Under the pieces are notes generated by a model. That model had not been told where the DNA came from. It worked only from the letters and a program-made list of their open reading frames with translations, and ran no database searches. Shown here one piece after another: positions 24,517 to 37,861 of a DNA stretch of 64,000 nt. Source of the stretch: Lama guanicoe (lineage: Eukaryota); NCBI GenBank assembly GCA_013239625.1, contig MU053365.1, forward strand, positions 622,001-686,000, given 5' to 3'. A program made the position numbers and the translations under genes. The stretch's first letter is position 1. Every line of letters starts with the position of its first letter.

Positions 24517-27459
24517 CTAAAATAACAAAAAGATGGGGGTGGGAGGAGAGAGAATGAATAGGTTTGTGTTTCCTAATGTTAATGTTTCAAACAGATGTCC
24601 TAAGTAGACTAGCATATAGGGTTCCTTAAAATTCTCATGCTGCCATATAATTTCATACTTTTCATGTGCTATGTAAGGAAAAAAAGTCATTAATGCTACT
24701 GAGAGCGCCCCTTGGCATGAGCTGTGTGATTAACGTCGGTATACTCCCTGGCTATCTTCAAACATGTTTATTGGGAAAAAGTTTTCATTTGCGTTGCTTA
24801 TGAATTTTATTAGCAAATTAACTAATTTTAGGTCCAATGAGTTGAACTGTTATATTCCACATTGTGATTAACAGCTTCCGCTTACTGACCACCGGGATTA
24901 AAACAGCATGTTCGACTTATATTTGTTCTTGACACGTCGGCCCTTTGTGCTACATTATACCCTGAGAGAGTCTTAGCCCCTTGGATAAGGAAGTCAGTTA
25001 AATTGTGCTATCACGACTACATTCGGTTTAGAAAAGGTATGGGCTTAAACAACATTGAATTGAGCTAAACTCATGACTAAAGCGAATCTAATTCCGTTTA
25101 ATCAAAGACTGTATAAATTACTGGTGTCTGCCTACATATTCTGGGGGCAACTGTGTTTACGTATTGATGATTCATATTCGTTTACTTTGAAATGGTGCAA
25201 TTGTTCATCAACAGTGACTCAAGCTCTCCTGTGTCTTTTCAATTGATTTAGAAACATTTATTCAAGAATTTAAACTGTTGCTTAAGTAAATCAAAACATA
25301 GTCAGATTTTGAAAGTGATGTTGGCAACTACTTCATTCTATGGGCAATCAACACACCAGCTATACCATCCCCTGTAGGATGTACTAATCCTATCAAAATA
25401 GCTGTGATTGTTCTTAAAATAATTTAGCTTCTGCCTGGGTTTTTTTGGTAACATAGAAAGCCCAGCTTTCATAACCAAAAAATGGTGGAGAGCTAGATGC
25501 TTGGAAATGACTGCCAAAAGTTCTGCTGTTCATCTTTGAAAATGACTTTTTTTTATTATTCTGTTTACCTGTCAAATACATTATCAAAGCTGAATTTAGA
25601 AGGGCAAAGGACTTCTTTGTGCCTAGGCTGCTCTATCCTGGCCCAAGATGCTGCAATGAGAGAAGGCTACCAGCATCTATTTGGCAGCAGGGCTAGTGCA
25701 TAGGAAAGACACCCCCCGTGTAGCCTCCATGTCCCAGGAGCCATCGGCAAGCTCTCCCTGCTCAGGAGGGGGTGACCACCTCCCCACTGGTACAATCTCC
25801 ACTTAAGATAGATGTTTAATATGTAAAGTTCCTCACACGCCCTTAACACGTGGTGCTCAGCCCAGTCTTGTGGTGTCCACAGAGGGTGTGCCTGTTCAAC
25901 ACCGAGGTCTCAGTCTAAACCTAGGATGTATGACTGTGTGCTGTTCTCTGTATGTGAAGATGGAAGAGTGTGCAGATGAATGGAGGGTGAAGTGCTGGAA
26001 ATGGGTGAAATCACTCACGGAAGGAAAACGTAGAACGAGAAAGTCAGGCTCAGGAGAGAGCCCCGTGGAACATCAACCTTTAAGAGACTAGGAGAAGCAG
26101 AGGAGCCAGCCTTGATACAAAGAACGAGCAATCAGAGAGGGAATCAAACTGGGAACCTTTGCCTCGTTTTTAGCATCATCTCCACATTCTGTACATAGTA
26201 TTCCACTCATATCATGTGTTAAATCATGTAAGACACTTGCAAAGGAATGAGGGCAGTTAGAGAAGGATGATTTCAAAGATTAAGGAAAAGTATGCTAAAT
26301 ATATGCTAAGAGGGCTCGGGGTGGGTGGGGCTTTTTAGTAATCAAATAAATGTATGTCGGTTTCCATTTCTCTTTTCCTCAAGAACATCTCATACTGTAT
26401 CACATGCAACCTTGGTGCTGAAGCAGCGATTAAACAATTAACATTCCATATAATCCTCAGCTGACTAATAGCTCCATTTTCAGAAGTCATTTGAAAGGCA
26501 GAATTTAATAGATGGAGACGGGGAGAAATCACTTTTATTCCCTGAAAGTCCCTAGGTTTGTCAATTTTAATGGCAAAAATTACTTTTCAGCTAAGGCAAG
26601 AATAAACTCTTTGTATACAGCGGTCTCCTTCAAGGGAGTTGCACAACGAACCTTTTGGGCAGCAGCCAAAAGCAGTCTCTCTATTCAATCCCTAAATTCA
26701 AAACAAAGGGATTTCATTGTGATGAGGGCCCAGTAGAGTTTGATGCAAGTTTTAAATCCTTGCAGGGTTGTGCTGGACCTTCAGATAGTTTTCCTCTTGG
26801 GTGAGAGACCTGCCTAATGAATACTAATGCCTGATGTCATCAAGGATCTGACCCAGCAAGGGGAACCAACACCGTTTCAGGTCCCAGTTTAAATGCCTCC
26901 ATTTTATATGGTCTCATTTAGTGAATTAAAATATGCCTCCTTCCATTAGACAAAGAGACTTCTAGAACCTATGGCCCATCCCTTTTTGCCTTAGCTACCA
27001 GTTCTAGAGAATCAGACCTTTGCCCCCAGATGTCACAGAGAACTCTACAATACCTCGAGGTCCTCAGAAGTCACTCACTGTCTCCGGGCCAATATCATCA
27101 GGACCTAAGAACTTCAAGGCCCATTTGTCTGCAAGCAAGCTGGTCACATTTTTGTTTCTATTTCAGCAGTAAATGAAAGGGACATGTTCATCTCATCTTC
27201 AGTGGAGAGACCCTGGTGAGGTCTTACCATCTCTTCATTGTGGCTTACTGTTATACTGATCTGGGCTTCTGATGCATGCTTAGAATTTTTTTTTCCATCT
27301 CTGGGTTTTAAAATATGCTTGAAATTAGGAGAATTTCTACACTGGCCAGTCTAAAACCGTGTCTACATGAATAAAATTAGAGGGAAACGAAAAGTTCTCT
27401 GAATAACTCTAGAAAATCAACCTCCTGCTACACGGGATCTCCTACAGTTATGATTTCTT

Positions 27460-27580
27460 CTCCTGAGCTTTTCTAAAAGGTCAGAGACCACCATCGTTTA
27501 TTCATCTTCATATCCTCAAGACTTGACACCCTGTCTGGTACATACTAGGTACTCAGAAAATTGCTGATGGTGAATAGAGT
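27460..27580 (+). mobile_element. L2 3' end relic
   Basis: ttattcatcttcatatcctcaagacttgacaccctgtctggtacatactaggtactcag. Confidence 0.5.
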
Positions 27581-29139
27581 CAAATTATAATTCATAGTGT
27601 GCCTATATCAAAATAAAGGATTTGCAACTGCTTGAAGTAAAAGGGACATAAAGAGAAAAGCAAAAGTGAAGCTAACTTGGTTACTGGGATTGAACATCAA
27701 ATTGAACTTTGAGCTTCTTGGTGGCTAAGGTCAAAAGGAAAAGCTAACAGCTTATAGAATTCTCTTTGTCTGATGGCAGGAGGCAAATCCTAATTCATTA
27801 CATGAGACAAATGTTTGCCGGATACTAAAAAGTGAAAAGGAATTCCTCTCATTGGTTTAGTTAAGAGGTTACAAGAACCTTGGAATGATAAACCAAGTAA
27901 TTTTCTCAGCACCAATTTTACAGAAGATGGCTTTTTTTATGATGACATCTTATGATTGACTAAAAAGCAAGAGCATTGCATTCAAGCCTAATTCGGTGAG
28001 GGCGTGTCTGGTCAGCACGTGGAGTTAGGGGGCACGGCCAAAAGCTCCAAGTGGGGGACTTTCCTGTGTGCTAATGACATGCGGGTGGAGACCCTATGCA
28101 TGGCAGAGAGTTCAAGGTTGAGTTCACTGGCGACACTTTCTGAGCTGCTGATTGAAGGAAGATCTGTAACGGATGTGCTGTGGCTAAGTCAGAATTACCA
28201 TCCACGGTCATTCTTAAGACACATGCTGGTAAATTCAAAACACTCATGAGGCAGGGTTAGGCACGGAGGACACACAGACACATAGCCTCAAGAAGTCCAC
28301 CATTCAACAATCTCAGAATAATTAAAACTACAGACCAGGGCACCAGAAGCAACTCTCTGCCTTCCAACCATTGGAGGCAGGTAACTGTCAACCAGTTTTT
28401 AAAGTTCTCGAGATGTAGATATGCGATCCACTGGAGGGAAAACCCAGAAAGGCCCGAAATACATTTATGTACGCCCTACACAATGGGCTCTCCTTACACA
28501 TCGTAGCAACTTCTCATTCACACTAAATCTTCTTCTTCACCCTCCAGAGTCTTAGTCACCCTTTTAAGGAGCAAGGTATTCTCAGCAGTCCTGAGTGAAC
28601 CTTATAAACATGGCAAAAATGGAAATTTAGCCATTGCAATCAATTACAGGCTTCTTTCACTTTGGACAATTCTTTACTTCCCGTTCTAGATAATTGGTTG
28701 AGTCCTTAAAGGTAACCTCTGCAGCCATTATTTTCTAAGTAATGACAATTTCTCCATCCTCAAGGAAATGCATCTTCCAAGTATTTTCAGGCATAAATTA
28801 CATGTCTGGTTTGTGGCTCATGACTAACAGCACTCCTTCATTTAAGCTTTTTGCCTCTCATTATTTCGGGAAGTGTGGAGTTGCCTCAGTTTGCTTCTGA
28901 TCTTATCTACAAATCAGTAGTATAATTCCATTGCAAGTCTAATGTGCTAGGAGACTCCTGTACCAGGTATTTCTTTTTAATAAAAGTAGAGCAGTAATTT
29001 AAGTTTTGAGGTTCATTTTTTCCCTTTTATTTAGTTGTGGCTAATGTATGTGATTTAGTAATTTTTTTTTCGAATTCTAATATTTTTACAGTTAATCTCT
29101 CTAAGCTGTAAGTTGCTATTTCGTTCTCTACCCTAATTA

Positions 29140-29350
29140 TAATAACGATAAGACCATGAATTTCTATCGCACGTTACAGATCTCAAAGCCAGGTTTCCCA
29201 GATTGTCGGACTTGATCCTCATAACCACCATGTGAGTCAGCAGAGCCGTTCTCGTCTAATCCAGTGTCTACCTCCCCGATTTCAGAGAAAAGGAAACCAC
29301 AGGTCAGAGAAATGAAGTTTCCTCCCCAAAGTCACACAGGAGATAAGTTC
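29140..29350 (-). mobile_element. MIR SINE
   Basis: ttgatcctcataaccaccatgtgag...tttcagagaaaaggaaaccacaggtcagagaaatgaag...aaagtcacacag. Confidence 0.65.
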
Positions 29351-29354
29351 ATCA

Positions 29355-29585
29355 GGCCTTTGGACTTCTGGTCAGAGGACAGACAGCTTCCTGTTACAGA
29401 TACGGAACCACACTTACACAGATATGAACCTGCAGAGAAGCCACCTCACCTCCTGAGCCTCAAACCTCTCGTGGGAAACGTGGGGGAAATGTGCATCCAG
29501 TTGCTGTAAGGACTCGACAAGCACATAGAGACAGTTCTAGCACAGTGCCTGGCACACAGTAGGCACTTGGTACATGCCACTTCCC
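29355..29585 (+). mobile_element. MIR SINE
   Basis: ggacttctggtcagag...cacctcctgagcctcaaacctc...ctagcacagtgcctggcacacagtaggcact. Confidence 0.65.
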
Positions 29586-30999
29586 TGTCCCTCCCAGCCT
29601 TTCCACACTAATCTAGACATGTCAAATGGCTTCACATGTTTTGAGCACTTTGGAACACATCCTTCTCAGCAGCACAGCACAAACTCAGATTTGAAAGTTA
29701 TAAGCGACAAAAGCAGCTACAAAGAGAAGTTACCCACCATCACCCAAATCTAGGGGTAGTCAACATTCTTTCCATTCTGGGAGTAGTGGATGTGAAGCCA
29801 AGAAAGGAAAGAAGTCAGCCAGGACCATGAGAGATCACCATGTTTTCTTTCTGCCAAGAAACAGCAGTAGGTCCTAGGGACCGATGCTCATTGGATAGCT
29901 TATGAACCACCAACCCCATCATACAAGCGATCAGGCCGTGTTTTACGGTTTAGGGTGGCAAGAAGTTTCCTGGAAGTCCTGATCAACCACCAGGAATTTT
30001 GCTTTTTAATTTGGTAAGCATTCCCACCACAACTGTAAGGGAAAGTTGTGGTAGGTATGTCCCCATTTCTCCACCAGTGAACCATGGGCCAGCTCTAGAA
30101 CTCTCACTGCCACTGGCATGTCCACATACTCCAAGGGTGTCTATACCAGTCCAGGTCTGGGGAGCTTTTGGGCGTGTACATGAGTTCTAGAATCATGATG
30201 TGTGGGGAGGACAAGAATACTCCCCAGCAATCTCCCAGGGAGCCCTGAACATTCACACAGTACAAGACGGCAGTCATCATCAAGATCATCAAGGCAATAG
30301 TGAAAGAAAGAGAATTCTGAGGTCAGCAACTGTTACCATTAATCCTTTCCTTCATAGTCCTGACTCAAAAACAAGGCTCTTCCCCACCAAGAAGCATAAA
30401 GGGACCGGGCTACTAATCACACAGCAGGCCTGGCCCTGCACTAGACTAATGCTCCAATCTGTACGTCTACCTGATGCATCCTTGTCAAGTCAAGACAGAT
30501 GGCTTTTCAAAACTTCTGACAATGTTGATAACAGGTTCTTTAACTGCCTTCTCAAAACTACACTGCTTACATCTAAAAATAAATAGGCATCTATATTATA
30601 GGCTTGTTAACAAGAGATGCCATTTACCTTAAAGAGGTAAGAGATTAATTCAACATGACTTAAGATTATAAAGGGGGAGATACTACACCAAGGGTTCTAT
30701 ACCTTATATTGTGTTAAGCATGGAGTAGATATTGAATTTTAAGAATGAGCACTTTGAGCAAAGCTCATTTTTCTAACCCATAAAGATTTTTCTAACGTAT
30801 CCAAAGGTAAGAGGTAAAACTCATCTGGTCGTTCCTCTTTCTCAAGAAGGAATGAGGCCTCTATCAACCTTTGACTTGTCTTCCATTTTCTGGAAAAAAC
30901 AGAGGCCACAACTTCTTGTCCTGCCCCTAGTCTTCCTTCCATTCTCCTGTTTTGTTCTCATCCTAATATTGAATTACCATATTCCTCCCGAAAACTCAT

Positions 31000-32350
31000 C
31001 ACTTTTCACATGTTCCCAATTTTCTATTTTCTCATCTCCTCTGGGACCTTGCTCTGCCCATCACACCTCTCCCTCCTTACCTTCACCCTCTCCTTCTCCA
31101 CTGACATTGGTTCCTTCCCCTCAATCTTTAAACAGCATGTTCAAGTTTCTCTCACCTTAAAAAAAAAAGCCTCCTTCCAAATAATTGTTCCCCTTACATT
31201 CCAACTTATCTTCCTTTCTTCCTCTCTCCATACAAAAACTGCAAGGTCAAGTCTACATTCACTGGCTATCTTCTTTATTTCATCACTTCCCATTTATTCC
31301 CCAACCCACAAAGACTACGGCCATCACCTAATAAAATGACACCCCCTAAGGGCATGAATTGCCCCTGAACTGCCACATCCAACAGCCACTTTCCAGTGCT
31401 GACCTTTCCTGACCTCTCTGACACATGGAACTAATGAATCCCTCCTCCATAAAACCCTTTCATACCTTGGTTTCTATTAAATGATTGTCTCCTAGTCTTC
31501 CTACCTCTCTGATTATTCCCTCCTTTTTGGTTTCCTTTCCGGGCCCCTGCTTTGACCATCTCTTTCACCCCTTAAATGTTGCTACTCCACAAGATTCTCT
31601 CTTCATCCCTCTTTTTACTCAGCCATCTGGCTTAGTGATGATATTCATTCTCACAGCTTCCATCGCCACCTACACAATGACACCTAACTTTCTTGACCAC
31701 GCTCATTAGCTTCCGGTCCATATACCCAGAGCCTACTGGATAGCTCTCCCTTGGTATCCCCCCTGGCATCTTAAACCCAGAATTTTTTTTTTCCACAAGC
31801 ACCAATCCTGTCGTCCTCCTGAATAACCTGTTAATAACACCAGCCTCCTATCAAGTCAAAAAGGAATCATTCATTCCTATTCCACACTCCCCACATCCAG
31901 GCAGACACCCAGTCCCATCGCTACAACTTCCTGGCTCCACTTTAAATCCTGCCTGCCATGAACCACGCCCCTCCTTAGCCAACTACAGTAGCTTCTTTAT
32001 CTGCCTCTAGTTTCCCTTCTCTCCAACCCACTCTCCACACTTACAATACCATCTCTTCAAATTCTTCGTCTGTCCTGGCCACATCCTGACTTTAAAACTT
32101 GCAATGAGTTCTCTTCATGTACAGAGTCCCGTCCAAACTCCTTGGTATGAGGTACAAAGTCTTCAGGAATCTCTCCCCTGCCTCGCTCTTCAGCAGTTCC
32201 CATGCAGTCATGTCTTCATTCCTTCGTGATGGTCTCTGCCATTGGACAAGGAATTCCTTGAAAGCAGGGACTATGCCTTATTCTCCTTTGTATGCCAGTC
32301 TAAGATGTGGCTAGCACATAGTAGGCCTTCAATAAGTCCTTGTTAAACTG
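31000..32350 (+). mobile_element. Long L2 LINE relic (~1.3 kb)
   Basis: Pyrimidine-rich L2 ORF2-like body (gacctttcctgacctctctg; ccccttaaatgttg; gtccaaactccttgg) ending ctagcacatagtaggccttcaataagtccttgtt. Confidence 0.75.
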
Positions 32351-33469
32351 ATCTTATGTCTACATGCACACACTCAAAGACAGTATAGAAGTTAAATCAA
32401 CGGAGATCAGAAAAGTGCTTTTTTAAGGATTATACTATTACTGGCAAATTGAAAGCTAGTAGTTTAGGTGACCTAAGTCTCTTGGTCTGACTTACCAAAT
32501 TGGGAAGGCACCCGAGTGCTTCAGGCAAGTGCTGTTTGCTTATTCTGAACAAGGTAGCCAGACTGTGGTCTCACTAGTCACCAATCCTGACAGCTTACTT
32601 TCCACGGCATTCGTACCCATGCTGTCCTCATTAAGAACTTTCCTCTTCCAGAAGTCACTGTCCCCTAAATAGTGCTCTTCTAAAATCACAACTCTTGAAC
32701 ATTTTCTCTGTTGTTGTTTTACCCGTTACATCATTTTTGTTTCATTACTGAAAATCACACTGTGACTACATTTCAATGGAAACCAACCAGCTGCCAGCAA
32801 TTCAACAAGATTCTTCCCCCACCCCCCAGCCCAAATAGAAAGTTCAGAGGCAGCCATTGTGAAATCAATACTTGTAGACATAGAAGTATGACCATTATTG
32901 GAGCTACATAGTAGCCAGAATACCACTAGAAAATCAACCGAGCTACACTACCCCCTCCGGTTGGGGCAATCACCTAACCCATGATTATTAACCACCAGGA
33001 AAAAAATGATTGGCTTTTCCCTTTCTCCTAGAACAGTGATTTTCAAAGAGCACTCAAACTACTAACAGCTGCTAACAACCTAAAATGGAAACAGAAAGCA
33101 GTGGCCTTGCAGTGGATGGCACTGATTGGGAGGAGAAACGGACATATCCATTGACATTCTAATGAAGTCCAAAGGGGCTCCTGGGCTGGCAATCAAAGTG
33201 GGAAAAAGTGTCAGGGGGCATTCCTTGCTGTAGGTAGTGTTGGGCAGGAGAGAACTCCTTGTTGACAGGAAGTCTCCCAAGTCCCTTTCAGATCTTACTG
33301 TGTTTCCCAAAGAAGATGGAATTTGTTTCTAAAGACATCCTCAGAAACTCGCAATTGCCCCCAATACAGCGGATGGATATATTTCATTTGTAAAATATAT
33401 TCCCTTGGAAATGATCTGGGTGTTTTAAAAATAGATGAAATGTTGATTAGTACACTCAAAAATATATCA

Positions 33470-33679
<210 letters not shown>

Positions 33680-34718
33680 TCACATAAGTCAGTTAGATCT
33701 CCCTTGTTATCAAATTGTTATCAATAAGAAGAAAAAAAATGCAAGTCGAGGCTACCCAAACCGCTTCCGCATAGAGAGCCACCCTCCTTTTCTCTGTTCC
33801 CAAAGGGTTTAGGATCCTGACCAGTTCTTCAGAATCCAGAAGAAGACAGACACTTGCTTATTAGAAATTGCACTCATGACCACTTAAATATGGCATAATC
33901 CTCTTCCCTTGTCCTGGCTTGATTACTACAGGCAATGACAGACTCTCTGAAAGTCAGTCCATTGTGCAAAAAAGAACTGAATGCAGATTGCTTTGTGTTG
34001 CCAGCCGCCTAGGGCTCAGGATTCACAGATGCCACAAAGCCCTAAGGGGGAAAGGAAGTGTCAAATATGTCCTTGCAGATAAACTGGAATTCTGTCCTGA
34101 GTCCCCAGCCAGTGGTAGCCTGTTGTAATGAAATCACAGGAGACTTTAAGAACATATTTGGAAGTCCACAAAAAACCCAAATCCCTCAGTCCCTCCCACT
34201 CCTGTTTGTTTTGTGGGGGTTTTGGTCTTCCCACAGTTTGTGTGATCGGCGACTAGAAGTCTTTTGGGGAAACTCTTCACAAAGGAGTCTGCCTTGACCA
34301 ATAAACTACTACCGATGAAAGGAGGTGTCAAAAGCCTTGCATGACCCTAGGGTACGAATGTTTTATAGACAGTATGTAACTCTGATTCTCATCACATTTC
34401 AGGCTTTCCCACTGGAGGATCAGTACAAAAGCTTCCAGACTATGTCTAAGATCCTTGCTTTTTATAGAATGGAATGCTTCCTTCCTTATTAAGAAAATAA
34501 TTATTTTCTTCATCATGCAAGATGGTGCATATTTAAACTGTAATCTGCAAGTCTCACAGTAGTGGATTTTATTTGGTTCATTGGGTTTTCCCCCCTGCTT
34601 TTGATTGTACTCTTACTCAAAATGAGTACATATATGCTGGGAAAATTGAAATTATATAAATATACATAAAATCCCTGGCAGGTGCTGTATAAATCTTGCT
34701 TTCCTTCGCTGGTTAATA

Positions 34719-34920
34719 CAGGTATCCCCTGCTTTCTAAACGTTCACATTACACCTCTTCACTTTTACGGGAGACCTACATTAGTACCCGTTCTCGCTAA
34801 TCAAAAGAAATTCAAAGAGGATTTTTGCTTTTACCAAAAAAAGTCATTTCCTTACTAATGTAGGACTTTTGTACAAGCAAGGTGGCATCACGAGAACTTT
34901 CAGAGGTGGGGGGCACTTTT
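34719..34920. mobile_element. TcMar-Tigger-type MITE with long terminal inverted repeats
   Basis: TA|caggtatcccc start. Left arm ...ttttacgggagacctacattagta pairs with right arm tactaatgtaggacttttgtacaagc...gaactttcagaggtggggggcac. Subfamily uncertain. Confidence 0.7.
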
Positions 34921-37022
34921 CACTTTCATACTGATGTAACACAAAAGTACAGTCGACAGGTCTTGGATACATCCCAAACCTCAACACCTGTGACCGGTAG
35001 CCTAGCTTGCTCATGAGTATCGTAACATTAATGTACAAAGCAAGAGCCCAGGGCATGCAATCCCCATGGCAGCTTAACTAGATACTGATACACGTGCAAT
35101 TCAAGAGGCCACTACGCTAAGCCATCCACCTTTCTCCACGGGGAGACTTGAACTTACAAACCCTAAGTGACTTTGATAGCCTTAACTCCTGGATAAACAA
35201 CACTTCATTTCCTCATTTAAAAATCATGGTAACATTTACAGGATGCTTAAATGGACATTATCTTTTCATGATGCAAACAATGCTGGATACAGAAGAGCTC
35301 ACTGGGTCACTTAGGAGTACGCCCAGCAAATGGTTATTACCGTCTGGGAAAATCAAAGACCCTCCAGAGTTCTACCTAGAGACCAGGCCCCACATCCACA
35401 TCCCTGCACAGCCAAGAAAGATGTCAAGTCCAGGTACAAGAAGTCAGCCCATCAGTCATAGTCTCAGACGCCATCACCAATATTACGTTTGTTGGCCTCA
35501 TCTCTCATTCCCAACCACAACTTGTGATCAGAACCCCAAACAGTCGCCATGTGATGCAATGCCTTTGTGTTGGAGGCTGATGTGGAATCAACCATAACAC
35601 CTACAGTCTAGGAAGCGTGGAGCACAGGACTCGCCCTGGGCACTATACATTGGCGGTGCGTCACAGGAGCCCATCCTCAATTTGTCAAAATGGAAGAACA
35701 ATGGGGCATCAGGGGTGGAGTGGAAGAACGAGTTCAAGCGGTATTTAGAGGGGGTGGGAGACTGGGAGGAGGCTTTGTCGCAGAGAAGGATACTTCATTT
35801 CTTTGCCTTCCACAGCAGATGACTCTCCACAGAAAGACAAGAGCCAAAGTCTTGAGCTCCCGAGGAACATGAGCAAGACGTCAGTTTTCCAGCTCTCTGT
35901 TCCTTCCGTGCACCTGACAGCCCGGAATGACAAGCCTGGGGATCACATTTAATTCCCCCAAGAGGGGAACCGAACGACTTTGGTCTCTTGGCTTTGCAAA
36001 CTACCTTCCTCCTCTTCTGTGGGAAAGATAATTAAAACCCCGAAGGAAAGAAAGGAGAAGAAAAAGCAAACGTGCCTCGACACGCATGACAGCCCTTTGA
36101 GCGGCAGGCCGTTGGGTCGCTTCCGGTGCTTTCAACCCGGGTTGGATTTCTTAGGAGGCTCTGGGCTGCATTTTGCATCAGTTCATGAAGCTACCAAATT
36201 CCAGACGAAAACCTGAATGGCAGACTGAGTGTGCACACGGGTGTTATCTGTTGCAAGAAAACTGCCTGCTGCATTTTTTAACACATATAACAAAGAACGG
36301 TTAAATCTCATCTCTCTGGCGAGAATGAATTTAATCCCCATAGAGTTCCACTGCTCTTGGAAGGCAACCAGATCGCTCCAATTTTTTTTCCCTTTTTCGC
36401 TCAGCAGGGCGTTGTACTGAAAGCTTCACACGGCGAGGTATAATGAGGAATGAACTACATGGCGATGAGGCTTTCACAGTGCAGAACGTCACTGATTTCT
36501 GACTGAAACCAAAATTACTAATTTGAAGCACCAGCTAATTAAAACCACAGCTATGTATTTAGCCTCTTGTTATACCTACTGCAGTTTATAATTAGGAGGA
36601 CCTCTTTATCTACTCAATTAAAGTTCTTATGATTCAGGGAGGTTGTGTTTGAACCTGTGAGCCCTGCCGAGGCCACAGGAAGCATATGTCTGTCCCCTGA
36701 TGGTCTGATGTGCCTTTACACTTCCGGGCTTGTTTTCCAATGAAAACAAAAAAGGCCCCGCAGCCCAGGAAGAAATGCTCAAGCTAGAAATTGGAATTTA
36801 TCCTCATGTTACTCGTCTGCACAACTCACGGTCAGCCACACTGATGAGGGCAGTGTGACTGATCCCATCAGTGTGAAAAAACCACTTTCATATTCGGAAG
36901 CGGAGCCCAGAAGCACAACTCGAGGACTCTCCACTGTTAGCAAGTTAGGCTGTTCTTCCAACTGTTTTCTATAGGATAGAATGAAATTTGGCACATTATG
37001 GTGACACTGAACACTCAAAACC

Positions 37023-37239
37023 TGGTGGGGAGGGGAAAATTAGGGGTATGAAACTAAGAGATACAAACTGCTATGTATACAATAGATAAGCAACAAAGAT
37101 ATACTGTACAGCACACAGACTATCGCCAGCATTTTATAATAACTGCAAATGGAGTACAATCTATAAAAAGTTTGAATCACTATGTTGTACACCTGAAACT
37201 AATATAATATTGTAAATCAACTATATGTCAATTAAAAAA
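37023..37239 (+). mobile_element. L1 3' UTR fragment
   Basis: gatacaaactgctatgtatacaatagataagcaacaaagatatactgtacagcac...tgaatcactatgttgtacacctgaaactaatataatattgtaaatcaactat...aattaaaaaa. Confidence 0.88.
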
Positions 37240-37315
37240 TGCATTTACCCTTCAACCTAAAAAGAAAACAAATGCAATTTACATTTTTTTAATCACTTTA
37301 ACTATTTAATTAATT

Positions 37316-37524
37316 TATTTTTAATTGAAGTATGGTCAATTTACAATGTTGTGTTAGTTTCTGGTGCACAGCATAGTGATTCACTTACACATATATATAC
37401 ATTCCTTTTCATATTCTTTTTCAATATAGGTTATTACAAGGTGCTGAATATAGTTCCCTGTGCTGGACAGTAGGTCCTCGTTGTTTCTCTAGTTTATATA
37501 CAGTAGTAAGTGTCTGCAAATTCC
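37316..37524 (-). mobile_element. L1 3' UTR fragment (cetartiodactyl-type)
   Basis: ttaattgaagtatggtcaatttacaatgttgtgttagtttctggtg...tagttccctgtgctggacagtaggtcc. Confidence 0.88.
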
Positions 37525-37654
37525 TTAACTGACCAAAGACCTCTGTGTTCTCTCCCTACAGCCTGTCTTTCTGGAATCCCTGCTTCACTGACATCTGCAC
37601 TAGCTGACAGAAAAAGGACAGAAAGAAGAAGTTCCATTTAACTACACTTAACTC

Positions 37655-37861
37655 ACCAAGGCCTTGAACCACGTTGGTTTGAACTGTGTGTGTCCACTTA
37701 CACGCAGACTTTTTTCAACAGTAAACGCTACAGTACCACGTAGTCTGCATTGGGTTGAGTCCAAGGTGGCTTGAATCCACTGATGCCGAATCGCAGATAC
37801 GGAGGAACTGCAGGTACAAAGGGCTGGCACCCCTGCCCCCAAGTTGCTCAAGGCCCCACTG
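37655..37861. mobile_element. Tigger2/MER8-like MITE
   Basis: ccttgaaccacgttggtttgaactgtgtgtgtccacttacacgcagacttttttcaa at left; gttgctcaaggccccactg|TA at right (TIR remnants). Confidence 0.75.

Noticed and set aside
24703..24719. CTCF-like motif (reverse complement catgccaaggggcgctc)
   Set aside because: Lacks the conserved 5' CC of the core; weak match.
30026..30052. 9-bp inverted repeat accacaact...agttgtggt
   Set aside because: Isolated short hairpin, plausible by chance in 64 kb; bacterial terminator logic does not apply.
35148..35597. 149-aa ORF (likewise 49570..49998, 57820..58263 and 30200..30586)
   Set aside because: Antisense to AFF2, no recognisable domain, often non-ATG starts or overlap with repeat relics; consistent with chance ORFs.
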